A stretch of 64,000 nt of DNA, from contig MFWV01000003.1 in assembly GCA_001787405.1 (NCBI GenBank), positions 790 through 64,789 of the forward strand, in the 5' to 3' direction. The notes beneath the pieces are model-generated. The model was given only the letters and a program-made list of their open reading frames with translations, was not told the origin of the DNA and ran no database searches. How positions within the stretch are numbered: the stretch's first letter is position 1; each line of letters starts with the position of its first letter. Positions 21,415-30,616 of the stretch are shown piece by piece. The translations under genes were made by a program, and so were the position numbers. The stretch is from Candidatus Pacebacteria bacterium RIFOXYA1_FULL_38_18 (GTDB lineage: Bacteria; Patescibacteriota; Microgenomatia; UBA1400; PJMF01).

Positions 21415-22707
21415 ATGATGCTATTTAAACGCTCATTGCAAAAAATTAAAGCCATTTTTCAAACCGAAGAATTACGTCGGAAGATTATTTTTACAGGTTT
21501 AATTTTTTTGGCGTTTAGACTGATGGCTCACATCCCAGTGCCGGGAGTCAATGTGGCTGCTCTGCAAGCAATTTTTGCTGATAATCAATTCTTAAGTTTA
21601 CTGAATGTTTTTGCCGGTGGTACTTTGGCCAATTTTTCTCTGGTAGCCGTGGGTATCAATCCTTATATTACCGCCTCCATTATTATGCAGTTGGCAGGCA
21701 TGGTTTTACCAAACATTAAGGAAATGCAAAAAGAGGGTGAAGCTGGTAAGGCCAAACTCAATCAATACACTAGATTTTTGACAGTGCCTTTTGCTATTGC
21801 CCAAAGCATTTCTATTATTGCTCTACTCAATTCTCAAAGTTTATTGGTGGCTGATCGATTGATAGTGATTGTCGCTATGGTTCTAACTATGGTGGCTGGC
21901 GCGATGATTATGCTGTGGTTGGGGGAGTTAGTGTCTGAGTATGGAGTGGGCAATGGTATTTCAATGGTGCTGTTTGCTGGTATAGTCAGTCAATTACCAA
22001 TGGCTGTTGGTCAAATATCTCAATTAATCAGTTCTCAACAATTTTTCACTTTCTTTTTATTTTTATTGGGTATTTTTATCTTGATTGGCTTGATTGTGTT
22101 TATCAATCAAGCAGTAAGAAAAGTGCCGATTCAATATGCCAAACGGATTCGTGGTGGAAAAACTTATGGCGGCCAACAAACTCACTTGCCCATCAAAGTT
22201 AATGTGGCCGGAGTAATGCCGATTATTTTTGCCGTATCCATTATGTTGGCCCCTTCGTTTGTTGGCCGCATCATGACAGCTTCCAGCAAGCCAGGACTGG
22301 TTGCTTGGGGACAAAGATTGACTATTTGGTTTGAACAAACATCACCGATTTATTTAATTACCTATTTTTTATTGGTTTTTAGCTTCACCTTTTTTTCAGC
22401 TCTGATTTTCTTTAATGCTGAAGATATCTCTGGAGAACTAAAGAAAAGTGGAGCATTTGTGCCAGGCATCAGGCCGGGTGGTTCTACCAAAAAGTTTTTG
22501 GAGTACGTAGTAGTGAGAATTACTTTGGTAGGAGCTATCTTTTTGAGCATTTTGGCTATTTTGCCTTCGATTGCTCAGATTTTGACTGGTATTGGTTCAT
22601 TAGCTATTGGAGGAACCAGTATCTTGATTGTGGTTTCGGTTGTTTTGGAAACGAATAAACAGATAGAAAGTATGCTCGTAGGACAGGACTACGACAAATA
22701 TCAATAA
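21415..22707 (+). CDS. secY: Preprotein translocase SecY
   Basis: GINPYITASII, GNGISM, PGIRPG; multi-TM. Confidence 0.99.
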   Translation: MMLFKRSLQKIKAIFQTEELRRKIIFTGLIFLAFRLMAHIPVPGVNVAALQAIFADNQFLSLLNVFAGGTLANFSLVAVGINPYITASIIMQLAGMVLPNIKEMQKEGEAGKAKLNQYTRFLTVPFAIAQSISIIALLNSQSLLVADRLIVIVAMVLTMVAGAMIMLWLGELVSEYGVGNGISMVLFAGIVSQLPMAVGQISQLISSQQFFTFFLFLLGIFILIGLIVFINQAVRKVPIQYAKRIRGGKTYGGQQTHLPIKVNVAGVMPIIFAVSIMLAPSFVGRIMTASSKPGLVAWGQRLTIWFEQTSPIYLITYFLLVFSFTFFSALIFFNAEDISGELKKSGAFVPGIRPGGSTKKFLEYVVVRITLVGAIFLSILAILPSIAQILTGIGSLAIGGTSILIVVSVVLETNKQIESMLVGQDYDKYQ

Positions 22708-22732
22708 ATATAAATAAAGGGAGGAACTATAA

Positions 22733-23290
22733 ATGAAAATAGTTTTGGTTGGTATTCAAGGAGCAGGTAAATCTACTCAAGGCAATATGATGTCTGAAGC
22801 TTTGGATATTCCTTATCTTTCTTCAGGGCATATTTTCCGAGAAATGACCAAAGAAAAAACCAAACTAGGTCGTTGGCTCAAAGAAACCTTAAACTCAGGA
22901 GCATTGGTACCAGACGACACAGCTGTGGAAGTGGTGACAGAATATTTGGCCAAACCAGAATATAAAAATGGTTATATTTTGGATGGTTTTCCTCGCACCA
23001 AAGCTCAGGCAGAAGTTCTAAATGGAGTGATTGATCTAGTATTTTTGATCGATGTTTCTGATAAAGAAGCTCTTTGGAGAATTTCTGGCCGTATTTCTGA
23101 TCGAGAAGATGAAACACTGCGGGCCATTCGTAAACGAATTGCCTTATTTCATGAGTTAACCTCTGATGTTTTGAATTATTATGATGAGGCTGGAAAATTG
23201 ATCAAAGTTGATGGTGAACAATCTATTGAAGAGGTTTTTGCAGAAATTATGAAGGCTGTAAAAAAGAAACAGAGCCAAGCGAATAAATAA
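22733..23290 (+). CDS. adk: Adenylate kinase (short-LID type)
   Basis: GIQGAGKSTQ P-loop, ILDGFPR. Confidence 0.95.
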   Translation: MKIVLVGIQGAGKSTQGNMMSEALDIPYLSSGHIFREMTKEKTKLGRWLKETLNSGALVPDDTAVEVVTEYLAKPEYKNGYILDGFPRTKAQAEVLNGVIDLVFLIDVSDKEALWRISGRISDREDETLRAIRKRIALFHELTSDVLNYYDEAGKLIKVDGEQSIEEVFAEIMKAVKKKQSQANK

Positions 23291-23368
23291 TCTTGGCTTA
23301 AAAAGCATCTTAGCTGGTGGGCAAACTTGATCATATCTGGTATAATTCCCCTCTATATTTGATAAGTT

Positions 23369-23698
23369 ATGGGAAAAGTACAAGATCACAAACGAGCAGC
23401 TAAGGTAAAGCGACAAGATAGTGCGCCTGAAAAAGCAGTCAAGACCGATCGCCTGGAAATTTCTGGGGAAATCGAGGAATGTCTGCCGAACACTATGTTT
23501 AGGGTGAGAATTACTGATTCGGTTTTAGAACCGATGGTGGGCAAGATATTATTGGGCACATTGGCTGGTAAAATGCGTCTTTATAGAATTAGGGTCATGC
23601 CCGGAGATGTAATTAAAGGCTATGTGTCTAAATATGATTTAACAAAATGTAAAATTACGTATCGAATCAATACGAGGTCGGTACAAGCAGAGGTTTAA
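23369..23698 (+). CDS. infA: Translation initiation factor IF-1 with N-terminal extension
   Basis: ECLPNTMFRV, GKMRLYRIRVMPGD, SKYDLTK. Confidence 0.93.
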   Translation: MGKVQDHKRAAKVKRQDSAPEKAVKTDRLEISGEIEECLPNTMFRVRITDSVLEPMVGKILLGTLAGKMRLYRIRVMPGDVIKGYVSKYDLTKCKITYRINTRSVQAEV

Positions 23699-23717
23699 AA
23701 ATACCTGATTGGAAAAA

Positions 23718-23831
23718 ATGAAAGTAAGAACTTCGCTGAAGAAGATGTGTAACCAGTGCAAATTTATTAGACGTAATGGAAAATTACGCATTATTTGTGT
23801 AAATAAAAAACATAAGCAAGTTCAAGGATAA
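23718..23831 (+). CDS. rpmJ: 50S ribosomal protein L36 (absent from ORF track)
   Basis: Manual translation [37 protein letters not shown]. Confidence 0.97.
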   Translation: MKVRTSLKKMCNQCKFIRRNGKLRIICVNKKHKQVQG

Positions 23832-23834
23832 AAT

Positions 23835-24230
23835 ATGCCACGGATTGCCGGAATAGACATACCAGAACAAAAAAAAGTACTCTTTGCTCTAAGATCTGTT
23901 TTTGGAGTGGGTTTAACTAGAGCCAATGAAATTGTTCAACAAGCCAAGATTGACCCCAAAAAACGCGCTCGTGACTTAACCCCAGACGAGATAAATAAAA
24001 TTCAGCGTTTATTGGAAGCTTATCCAGTGGAGGGTGATCTACGTCGCATTATTACTGATAATATAGCTCATCTAAAGAGAACCAAAACTTATCGAGGACT
24101 TCGCCACAGTTTGGGTTTACCAACTCGTGGTCAGCGCACTAGAGTCAATTCCAGAACTGTGCGTGGCGGTGGTCGAAAAACAGTTGGCTCAGTATCAAAA
24201 GAAGAATCAATCGAAACAGAAACCAAATAA
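23835..24230 (+). CDS. rpsM: 30S ribosomal protein S13
   Basis: MPRIAGIDIP, YRGLRH..GLPTRGQRT. Confidence 0.99.
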   Translation: MPRIAGIDIPEQKKVLFALRSVFGVGLTRANEIVQQAKIDPKKRARDLTPDEINKIQRLLEAYPVEGDLRRIITDNIAHLKRTKTYRGLRHSLGLPTRGQRTRVNSRTVRGGGRKTVGSVSKEESIETETK

Positions 24231-24251
24231 TAATTTAAAAAACCTAAAGAT

Positions 24252-24644
24252 ATGGCACAAGCAGATAAATCTACCAAAACAAAAATCAGACGAACCATTC
24301 CCAAGGGCAGAATGTATGTGAGTGCGACCTTCAATAATACTTTGGTTAGTATTACTGACGATAAGGGTAACCTGGTTTGTTGGGCATCCACCGGAGCAGC
24401 TGGTTTTACTGGTTCCAGAAAATCTACTCCCTATGCAGCTACTATTACTGTGGAAAATGCAATTAACAAAGCTAAGGCTTTTGGCATGAATGAAATGGAT
24501 ATTTATTTAAAAGGTCCAGGACCAGGTAGAGATGTGGCTTTACGAGTAGTCAGAGCACAGAATATCAAGGTTGATATGATCGCTGACACAACTCCCATGC
24601 CTCACAACGGTACTAGACCCAGAAAAGCTAAACATAATCGCTAA
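24252..24644 (+). CDS. rpsK: 30S ribosomal protein S11
   Basis: ATFNNT, RKSTPYAA, TPMPHNG. Confidence 0.99.
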   Translation: MAQADKSTKTKIRRTIPKGRMYVSATFNNTLVSITDDKGNLVCWASTGAAGFTGSRKSTPYAATITVENAINKAKAFGMNEMDIYLKGPGPGRDVALRVVRAQNIKVDMIADTTPMPHNGTRPRKAKHNR

Positions 24645-24667
24645 TAAAATTTAAAAAGAAAAAAATA

Positions 24668-25273
24668 ATGGCAAGACAAACCGGACCAAAACAACGACTG
24701 CAACGACAAATTGGGGAAGATTTGGGTTTAAAAACCAATGCTCTGAAGGTAGCTCGTAGAATTCATATTCGTCCTGGCCAGCATGGAATTAGACGTCACA
24801 AAGTATCTGATTACGGCGTTCAGCTTCGTGAAAAACAAAAAGTGAAGTATATTTATGGTGTCTTGGAGAGACAACTACATCGTTTGTACAGTCAGGCAAG
24901 CAAAGATCCTCTAGCTACTGGAGCAGCTCTTTTGAGTTTATTGGAACGAAGATTGGATAACACAATTTATCGTTTAGGTTGGGCTCCTACTAGGGCAGCT
25001 GCTAGACAAATGGTGACTCATGACCATATTTTGGTAAATGATTGCAGAATGAACGTGCCATCTTATTCAGTCAAAGTGAATGATGTGATTCGACTAAAAG
25101 ACAAAGCAACTAAAATTCCGGTAGTAGCCGAGCTTTTAAAGGCTGATGAAAAAATCGTACCGGAATGGTTGGATCGTAAAGTTTCTATAGCTAAAGTACA
25201 GAGATTTCCAGAGAGGGAAGACATAACGGAAATCATTGATGAACAGCTCATTGTTGAGTTTTATAGTAGATAA
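24668..25273 (+). CDS. rpsD: 30S ribosomal protein S4
   Basis: PGQHG, QLREKQK, LERRLDN, IVEFYSR. Confidence 0.99.
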   Translation: MARQTGPKQRLQRQIGEDLGLKTNALKVARRIHIRPGQHGIRRHKVSDYGVQLREKQKVKYIYGVLERQLHRLYSQASKDPLATGAALLSLLERRLDNTIYRLGWAPTRAAARQMVTHDHILVNDCRMNVPSYSVKVNDVIRLKDKATKIPVVAELLKADEKIVPEWLDRKVSIAKVQRFPEREDITEIIDEQLIVEFYSR

Positions 25274-25276
25274 AAA

Positions 25277-25331
25277 AATTTAAAGTAGTAAAAAGTATAA
25301 AGTAATTTAAAAAGTAGTAAAAAGTATAAAG
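25277..25331 (+). repeat. Imperfect tandem duplication (about 27 bp) upstream of rpoA
   Basis: aatttaaa(aa)gtagtaaaaagtataaag twice. Confidence 0.85.
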
Positions 25332-25394
25332 ATCAGCAATTCTCGATACAGATTCTCTGTCAAAAAGCAGAGGAGGAGAAACAAAGGAGGACAT

Positions 25395-26339
25395 ATGAAA
25401 CTTGATCTCAAAAAATATCCATACATGAACCCGTCTTTTACGGTTTCAGAAGTTGAAGCGACTGCTTCTCAGGCTCGTTTAGTAATTGAGCCTTTAGAGC
25501 AGGGCTACGGTCATACCTTGGGCAATGCTTTGCGCCGAGTATTATTGACTTCTTTACCAGGATCAGCAATTACTTCAGTTGCTATCAATGGAGTAGATCA
25601 TCAATTTACCACTCTGGAGGGTTTGAGCGAAGACATTGTAGAGTTCATTTTGAATATCAAACAAGTCAAGGTCAAAGCAGACCACGATGGGATGGGAATC
25701 TTGCGTTTAAATGTTCAAGGTCCTGCCAAAATCACTGCTGCTGATATCAAAGCCGAAGCTGGTTTTGAAATAATCAATGGCGATCAACCATTGGCTACGC
25801 TTGCTAAGGGTAAAAAATTAGAAGTAGAGATGACGGTAGAAACCGATACTGGTTATAAAATGGTAGCTGAAATGGAAACTGAGGTAATAGGCCAAATTGC
25901 CATAGATGCACTATTTTCACCAGTAGAAAAAGTTTCTTACAAAGTGGAATCCACTCGGGTAGGTCGTCGAACTGACTTTGATCGAATCGTGCTGGAAGTT
26001 CAGACAGATGGTACTATCACTCCTTTGGAGGCAGTCAAACAGGCCGCTCAAATTTTGGCTAAACAATTTACTCAAATATTTGATCCGGTCATTATTGAAA
26101 ACGAGGAAGAAGAGACTCAACTTTCACCTGAAGAAGCAGAAACTCTGCGTTTGACAGTGGAAGAACTTGATTTGCCTACCAGAATCGCCAACGCTTTACG
26201 CAAAGGTGGTTATAAAACTGTAGGTGATCTAATAAGTGCTCCCAAAGAGACTATTTCCAAGGTAAAGAACTTGGGTGGCAAGAGTGTAGATTTGATTAAT
26301 GAAGCCTTGCAAAAGAAGGGAGTTAGTCTAGAAGACTAA
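25395..26339 (+). CDS. rpoA: RNA polymerase alpha subunit
   Basis: EPLEQGYGHTLGNALRR, KNLGGKS; AAAGGAGG SD. Confidence 0.99.
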   Translation: MKLDLKKYPYMNPSFTVSEVEATASQARLVIEPLEQGYGHTLGNALRRVLLTSLPGSAITSVAINGVDHQFTTLEGLSEDIVEFILNIKQVKVKADHDGMGILRLNVQGPAKITAADIKAEAGFEIINGDQPLATLAKGKKLEVEMTVETDTGYKMVAEMETEVIGQIAIDALFSPVEKVSYKVESTRVGRRTDFDRIVLEVQTDGTITPLEAVKQAAQILAKQFTQIFDPVIIENEEEETQLSPEEAETLRLTVEELDLPTRIANALRKGGYKTVGDLISAPKETISKVKNLGGKSVDLINEALQKKGVSLED

Positions 26340-26356
26340 TCAATAAAAGGTAAGCC

Positions 26357-26884
26357 ATGCGACACAGAGTTAAAACTAAACAATTCAATCGAGACACCAA
26401 TCATCGCAAAATGCTAGTGCGTAACTTGGTGCGCTCATTGGTGGAGCATGGCGAAATCGTTACTACTGAAGCCAAAGCCAAAGAAACAAAGCGTTGGGCT
26501 GATAAATTAATCGGTAAAGCCCAAAAAAATACAGTGGCAACCAAACGACAACTGCATGCTTTTTTTGGTACCCGAGAAGTAGTTAATACTCTGGTAGATA
26601 AAATTGCTCCTTCAATGAAAAAGAGAGTCTCTGGTTTTAGTCGTATTGTTAAATTGGGTAAGAGACGCGGAGATAATACTGAATTGGTCAAACTTAGTTT
26701 GGTAGAAAAATCAGAAAAACTGGGCACGCTCAAAAGTGGAATTGATTACTCTTCACGTCAGACTAAAAAGAAAAAATCAGCTTCAGCTCAAAAAATTACT
26801 AAGCCCAAAAAACTTGCCCGAAAAGCTGTTGCCAAAAAATCAGTTACCAAAAAAACTACTAAAATCGCTAAAAAAAATAAATAA
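26357..26884 (+). CDS. rplQ: 50S ribosomal protein L17 with Lys-rich tail
   Basis: MRHR, TTEAKAKE, RRGD. Confidence 0.98.
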   Translation: MRHRVKTKQFNRDTNHRKMLVRNLVRSLVEHGEIVTTEAKAKETKRWADKLIGKAQKNTVATKRQLHAFFGTREVVNTLVDKIAPSMKKRVSGFSRIVKLGKRRGDNTELVKLSLVEKSEKLGTLKSGIDYSSRQTKKKKSASAQKITKPKKLARKAVAKKSVTKKTTKIAKKNK

Positions 26885-26887
26885 ATC

Positions 26888-27319
26888 ATGAAAAAATCAC
26901 AAAAAACTTTTATGCAACGCAAAGAAGATGTCAACAGAGAATGGCACTTGGTTGATGTTGAAGGCAAGATTTTGGGTAGAATAGCAACCGAGATTGCAGA
27001 AAAACTCATCGGTAAAAATAAACCCACTTATACACCTCATACTGATGCTGGTGATTTTGTGGTGATTATTAATGCCAGAAAAGTGGCTCTGAGTCGCGGT
27101 AAAGAAGAAAAGAAAACCTATACTTGGCACACTGGTTTTCCCGGTGGAGTCAAAGAACGTAGTTTTCAAGAAATGATCAATAAACATCCAGAAAGAGTGA
27201 TTTTGCAAGCAGTCAAAAACATGCTCCCCAAAAATAAATTACAAGGTGAGAGATTGGCTCGTTTAAAGATTTATCCTGGAAAAGAACACAAACACGAAAG
27301 TCAGTTAGGAGGCAAATAG
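26888..27319 (+). CDS. rplM: 50S ribosomal protein L13
   Basis: WHLVD, LGRIAT, YTPHTDAGD, MLPKN. Confidence 0.99.
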   Translation: MKKSQKTFMQRKEDVNREWHLVDVEGKILGRIATEIAEKLIGKNKPTYTPHTDAGDFVVIINARKVALSRGKEEKKTYTWHTGFPGGVKERSFQEMINKHPERVILQAVKNMLPKNKLQGERLARLKIYPGKEHKHESQLGGK

Positions 27320-27320
27320 T

Positions 27321-27839
27321 ATGGCAATGAAAATGCGCAAAAAACATCAGCAGTCTATAAAAAGAGTGGTAAAAAAACCAACTAGTTCAGTTGCGACTGC
27401 CAAACACGCACCTGAAGAAAAAAAGACTGAGTTCAAGATTCCTGCTGTCAAATACAATGAAGGTGTGGGTAGACGCAAAGTGGCCACTGCCAGAGTAAGA
27501 ATCTATGAGGGCGATGGAGATTTTGTAGTCAATGACGTATTGGTGAGTAAATATTTCCACAGCATTCCCAATGCAGTGGCTCTATATAACAAACCATTTG
27601 AGTTGACTGGCACCAAAGGCAAATTTGCCGTCACGGCTCGTGTTTCTGGTTCTGGGATTCGTTCTCAATTAGATGCTTTAGTTCATGGTATTGCCAGAGC
27701 TTTGGTAGCCAAAAATCTTGAGTTCAGAATCTTTTTGAAGGAAGCTGGATTACTCACTCGTGATGATCGCATGAAAGAAACTCGCAAGATCGGGATGGGT
27801 GGCAAGGCTCGTCGCAAACGCCAATCTCCCAAGCGGTAA
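27321..27839 (+). CDS. rpsI: 30S ribosomal protein S9 with N-terminal extension
   Basis: GRRKVATARV, LTRDDRMKE, QSPKR. Confidence 0.98.
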   Translation: MAMKMRKKHQQSIKRVVKKPTSSVATAKHAPEEKKTEFKIPAVKYNEGVGRRKVATARVRIYEGDGDFVVNDVLVSKYFHSIPNAVALYNKPFELTGTKGKFAVTARVSGSGIRSQLDALVHGIARALVAKNLEFRIFLKEAGLLTRDDRMKETRKIGMGGKARRKRQSPKR

Positions 27840-27869
27840 AATCTTTACCAATTTTTTGTTTGAATTTTT

Positions 27870-28151
27870 TTACCAAACCTCGCGTCGCAGGGGTTTGCCG
27901 GCTCTGAAGTTTACTACTCCATGACCTTTGACCAAAGTTCTTTGATCTTTTTTACCAAAAGGTTCAACGTGTTTGTCTTTGACTTTACCTACATAAAACG
28001 TACCGAAGCCAGAAACGACTACTTTTTCACCCTTTTTTTTGGTTAACACTCTAGTAATTTCTTCAAAAACAGTTTCTACTGCCTCAGTGGCTGCTTTTTT
28101 GGTGAGGTGTGATTTTTTGGCAACGATCGCAATAAGTTGTGATTTTGTCAT
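27870..28151 (-). CDS. HU/IHF-family DNA-binding protein (start ATG 28151 after AAGGAG)
   Basis: MTKSQLIAIVA, GFGTF, FRAGKPLR. Confidence 0.9.
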   Translation of the reverse strand: MTKSQLIAIVAKKSHLTKKAATEAVETVFEEITRVLTKKKGEKVVVSGFGTFYVGKVKDKHVEPFGKKDQRTLVKGHGVVNFRAGKPLRREVW

Positions 28152-28230
28152 AAGCTCCTTTTTAATGGGTAAATATAAATTCAGTGTAGTAGATTGCGGT
28201 TGAGAGTCAAGCAGTAATTGGGTCAAGAAG

Positions 28231-28614
28231 TCAGATGTATCCAAATTTTCTCATCAAAACCAAATTGCAGCCCAGAAAATCAAAACCAATGTCTCTGAGT
28301 GTGCCAGTGCGCCCTGGTACGGTTGTTTGATGGAATTCGTCAAAAGTAGCATAGGCAATAGCTAAAACCAGTGGTAAGAGCCATCTGGCATTGTTTTTTA
28401 AGTTGGTGGTGGAATTAAAACTGTGTAATAAAAGTAAGTATAAAATACCATAAACAATGATGTGAGCAGATTTTTTGAAAAGAAAATCCCAAGTATTTAA
28501 ATATAAACTGGGTAAAACTCGTTGAGCAGATAAATAATAGATAAAAGTAGCCCAGATGATAGGTGGTAGAAAAGCCAGTATGACGCTAAAAGTTTTTTTG
28601 ACGATTTTTGACAT
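28231..28614 (-). CDS. VanZ-family membrane protein
   Basis: KKSAH..YG, YATFDEFHQ..VPGR..LRD. Confidence 0.88.
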   Translation of the reverse strand: MSKIVKKTFSVILAFLPPIIWATFIYYLSAQRVLPSLYLNTWDFLFKKSAHIIVYGILYLLLLHSFNSTTNLKNNARWLLPLVLAIAYATFDEFHQTTVPGRTGTLRDIGFDFLGCNLVLMRKFGYI

Positions 28615-29443
28615 AAATCCAACCTGGAATGAGCAGGAATAAACTCCCCATTATAACACTCAGCGCTCCTTTCTCGAATGCCGGTGGTGCCAAAAAAGCT
28701 AGATTAACTTGAGCTAGATTTTCTTGAGAAAACCGAGGCTGATCATAACTCAATTTGGGATGAAGCACGGTGAGAGGATAGACAAAATCACTGGTTGCCC
28801 CCAAAACGTTGGCACGAGACATATCAATCTCAGTGTTTGAAATAGAAGTTTGAGATAGCTTGGCTGATTCGTTAATGGCTGGGCTGACAGTTTCTGTGGA
28901 GCTTGAATTGACATCAGTACTGATTGCCGAAGCAGAGGGGACTGGAGTCGGTGTGGGAGTGGGGGTAGGAATCAAATTAATTTCTGCTTTGGTTGGTATA
29001 GTTTCCCAAACTTCTGCCAAATCACTGGGATTTTTTGACCAGCTTTTTTCTTTGGTAGAACTGGGATATGCCAAACGATCAATTTCTTGACCAGTAGCAT
29101 CTTTCAAAATAACTGCATCTCCACTATTGTTGAGTTTGTTGTGCAGAGAAACAAGCAAAAAAGCCTGACCGGCTAATTTGTCTTCGGCAGTAAAACTGTG
29201 TATTTTACTGGGCAAAGAAAGTTCATCCCACAACTCAAAACCGCCCAAATCAATGGTTTGCTCACTCAGATTATAAAGTTCCACCCATTCATCTTCATCA
29301 GTATTGGAATTGGGATAGAGTTCATTGATAATTATTTGTGTTGATTGAGCCTGAACAGTACCAGTGCCCAATTGCCACCAACAATAAAAACCAATCAATA
29401 GATTGACCGACCATCGCCGTTTTGTCAAAGACTTTTTCACCAA
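28586..29443 (-). CDS. Lamin-tail-domain surface protein with PT linker and C-terminal TM
   Basis: IIINELYPN..EWVELYN..IDL.G, LNNSGD; PTPTPTP linker. Confidence 0.8.
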   Translation of the reverse strand: MVKKSLTKRRWSVNLLIGFYCWWQLGTGTVQAQSTQIIINELYPNSNTDEDEWVELYNLSEQTIDLGGFELWDELSLPSKIHSFTAEDKLAGQAFLLVSLHNKLNNSGDAVILKDATGQEIDRLAYPSSTKEKSWSKNPSDLAEVWETIPTKAEINLIPTPTPTPTPVPSASAISTDVNSSSTETVSPAINESAKLSQTSISNTEIDMSRANVLGATSDFVYPLTVLHPKLSYDQPRFSQENLAQVNLAFLAPPAFEKGALSVIMGSLFLLIPGWIYVKNRQKNF

Positions 29444-29540
29444 ATTATTTTCTCAGTTAAATCTGACAACAGCCTGACTGCATCATTTTCTCAATTGAAA
29501 TCAAGTTATAAAGAGGCAAATTCTAATTTAGAGTTCCAAT

Positions 29541-30338
29541 TTAGAGTTCCAATTTAGTTTTTTCTAATTTTTGCAAAGTAGTAAAGTGAGTTACTTCAAA
29601 AGCACAAGGAGTAATAGAGATGTAGCCTTGATTAATGGCGCCTATGTCGTAGTGCAAATTATCTTCCTGGATATTAAAACGACTATTTTCAAAAGAGAAT
29701 TGTTTTGTTTCATAATCCAGATCTATTTCAGTAAATATCTTATTGATATTTTTATCCATTTTAGTGAATTTAATTTTATTCGTTGGTTTGGCTGGAAAAT
29801 TGATGTTCAGAATGTCCACGCCCCACATTTTTTCAGCAAAGATTTTGTCAAATAATGGAGTCAGAATTTTGCCAAAATAAGCTTGATATAGTTCCAAGCT
29901 TTCATTTTCGTCATGATTTTTCAGCATGAGCTCACCAGGCACGTTCCAGCTCAAAGCAATGCCTTTTGGAGCCAATTGTCTTCCCATACCCCTCATCAAG
30001 CCTCCGTAAGTACCAGAGGAAACAATGGCTGCTCCTACATTAATACCCAAATTAATGCCGGAAAGAATTAAATCAAAAGGTTTTTTAAAATAAACTTGTG
30101 CGCATTCTGCGGCATCAGCTGGAGAGCCCTCTACCCAAATACCAGGTATTCCATCAACCTCAGTTTCGCCCCAATTACCACCAGTACTAAGAGAAAGTTT
30201 GCCTCCAACTCCAGATTGTTGATGTTTAGTAGCTGCAATATATAGTTTGTGTTTTTCTTTAAGCGCTGCAATCAACAAGCGAATACCAATGGAGTTATAA
30301 CCATCATCACCAGTGAGTAGAATGCGTTTTGCTTTCAT
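29541..30338 (-). CDS. surE: 5'/3'-nucleotidase SurE
   Basis: ILLTGDDG, QSGVG, GSPAD, SGINLG.N, SGT, LNINFP, ISITP. Confidence 0.9.
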   Translation of the reverse strand: MKAKRILLTGDDGYNSIGIRLLIAALKEKHKLYIAATKHQQSGVGGKLSLSTGGNWGETEVDGIPGIWVEGSPADAAECAQVYFKKPFDLILSGINLGINVGAAIVSSGTYGGLMRGMGRQLAPKGIALSWNVPGELMLKNHDENESLELYQAYFGKILTPLFDKIFAEKMWGVDILNINFPAKPTNKIKFTKMDKNINKIFTEIDLDYETKQFSFENSRFNIQEDNLHYDIGAINQGYISITPCAFEVTHFTTLQKLEKTKLEL

Positions 30339-30616
30339 GAGAAATATATTATACCTGATTGTCTTAAAATTGACCTTTTTTCGACCTGAATCCGGTGGCA
30401 ATCAAAATCAAGTTTGTCCTTTCAGGGAAAGAAAAAGAATAAAATATTGATAATTTCTCATATTACAAGCTGTGAATAAACTCTAGAGAAAGAGGTGTTT
30501 TTCGTTTTAGAACTTGGATTCGAAACTTAGTTTAGAATAGAAAGCACGTCTCTTTCATCAATACTTTTTTTCTAAAAACAATTATCATAAACTATTAATA
30601 TATGAATTGGTAAAAT

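Noticed and set aside
55-27208. Numerous antisense and alternate-frame ORFs within rpo and r-protein genes
   Set aside because: By-products of codon bias in conserved genes; no independent signals.
29525-29557. 13-bp tandem duplication at the surE stop (similar to the 15-bp one at 61840)
   Set aside because: Most simply local slippage; no shared motif between them.
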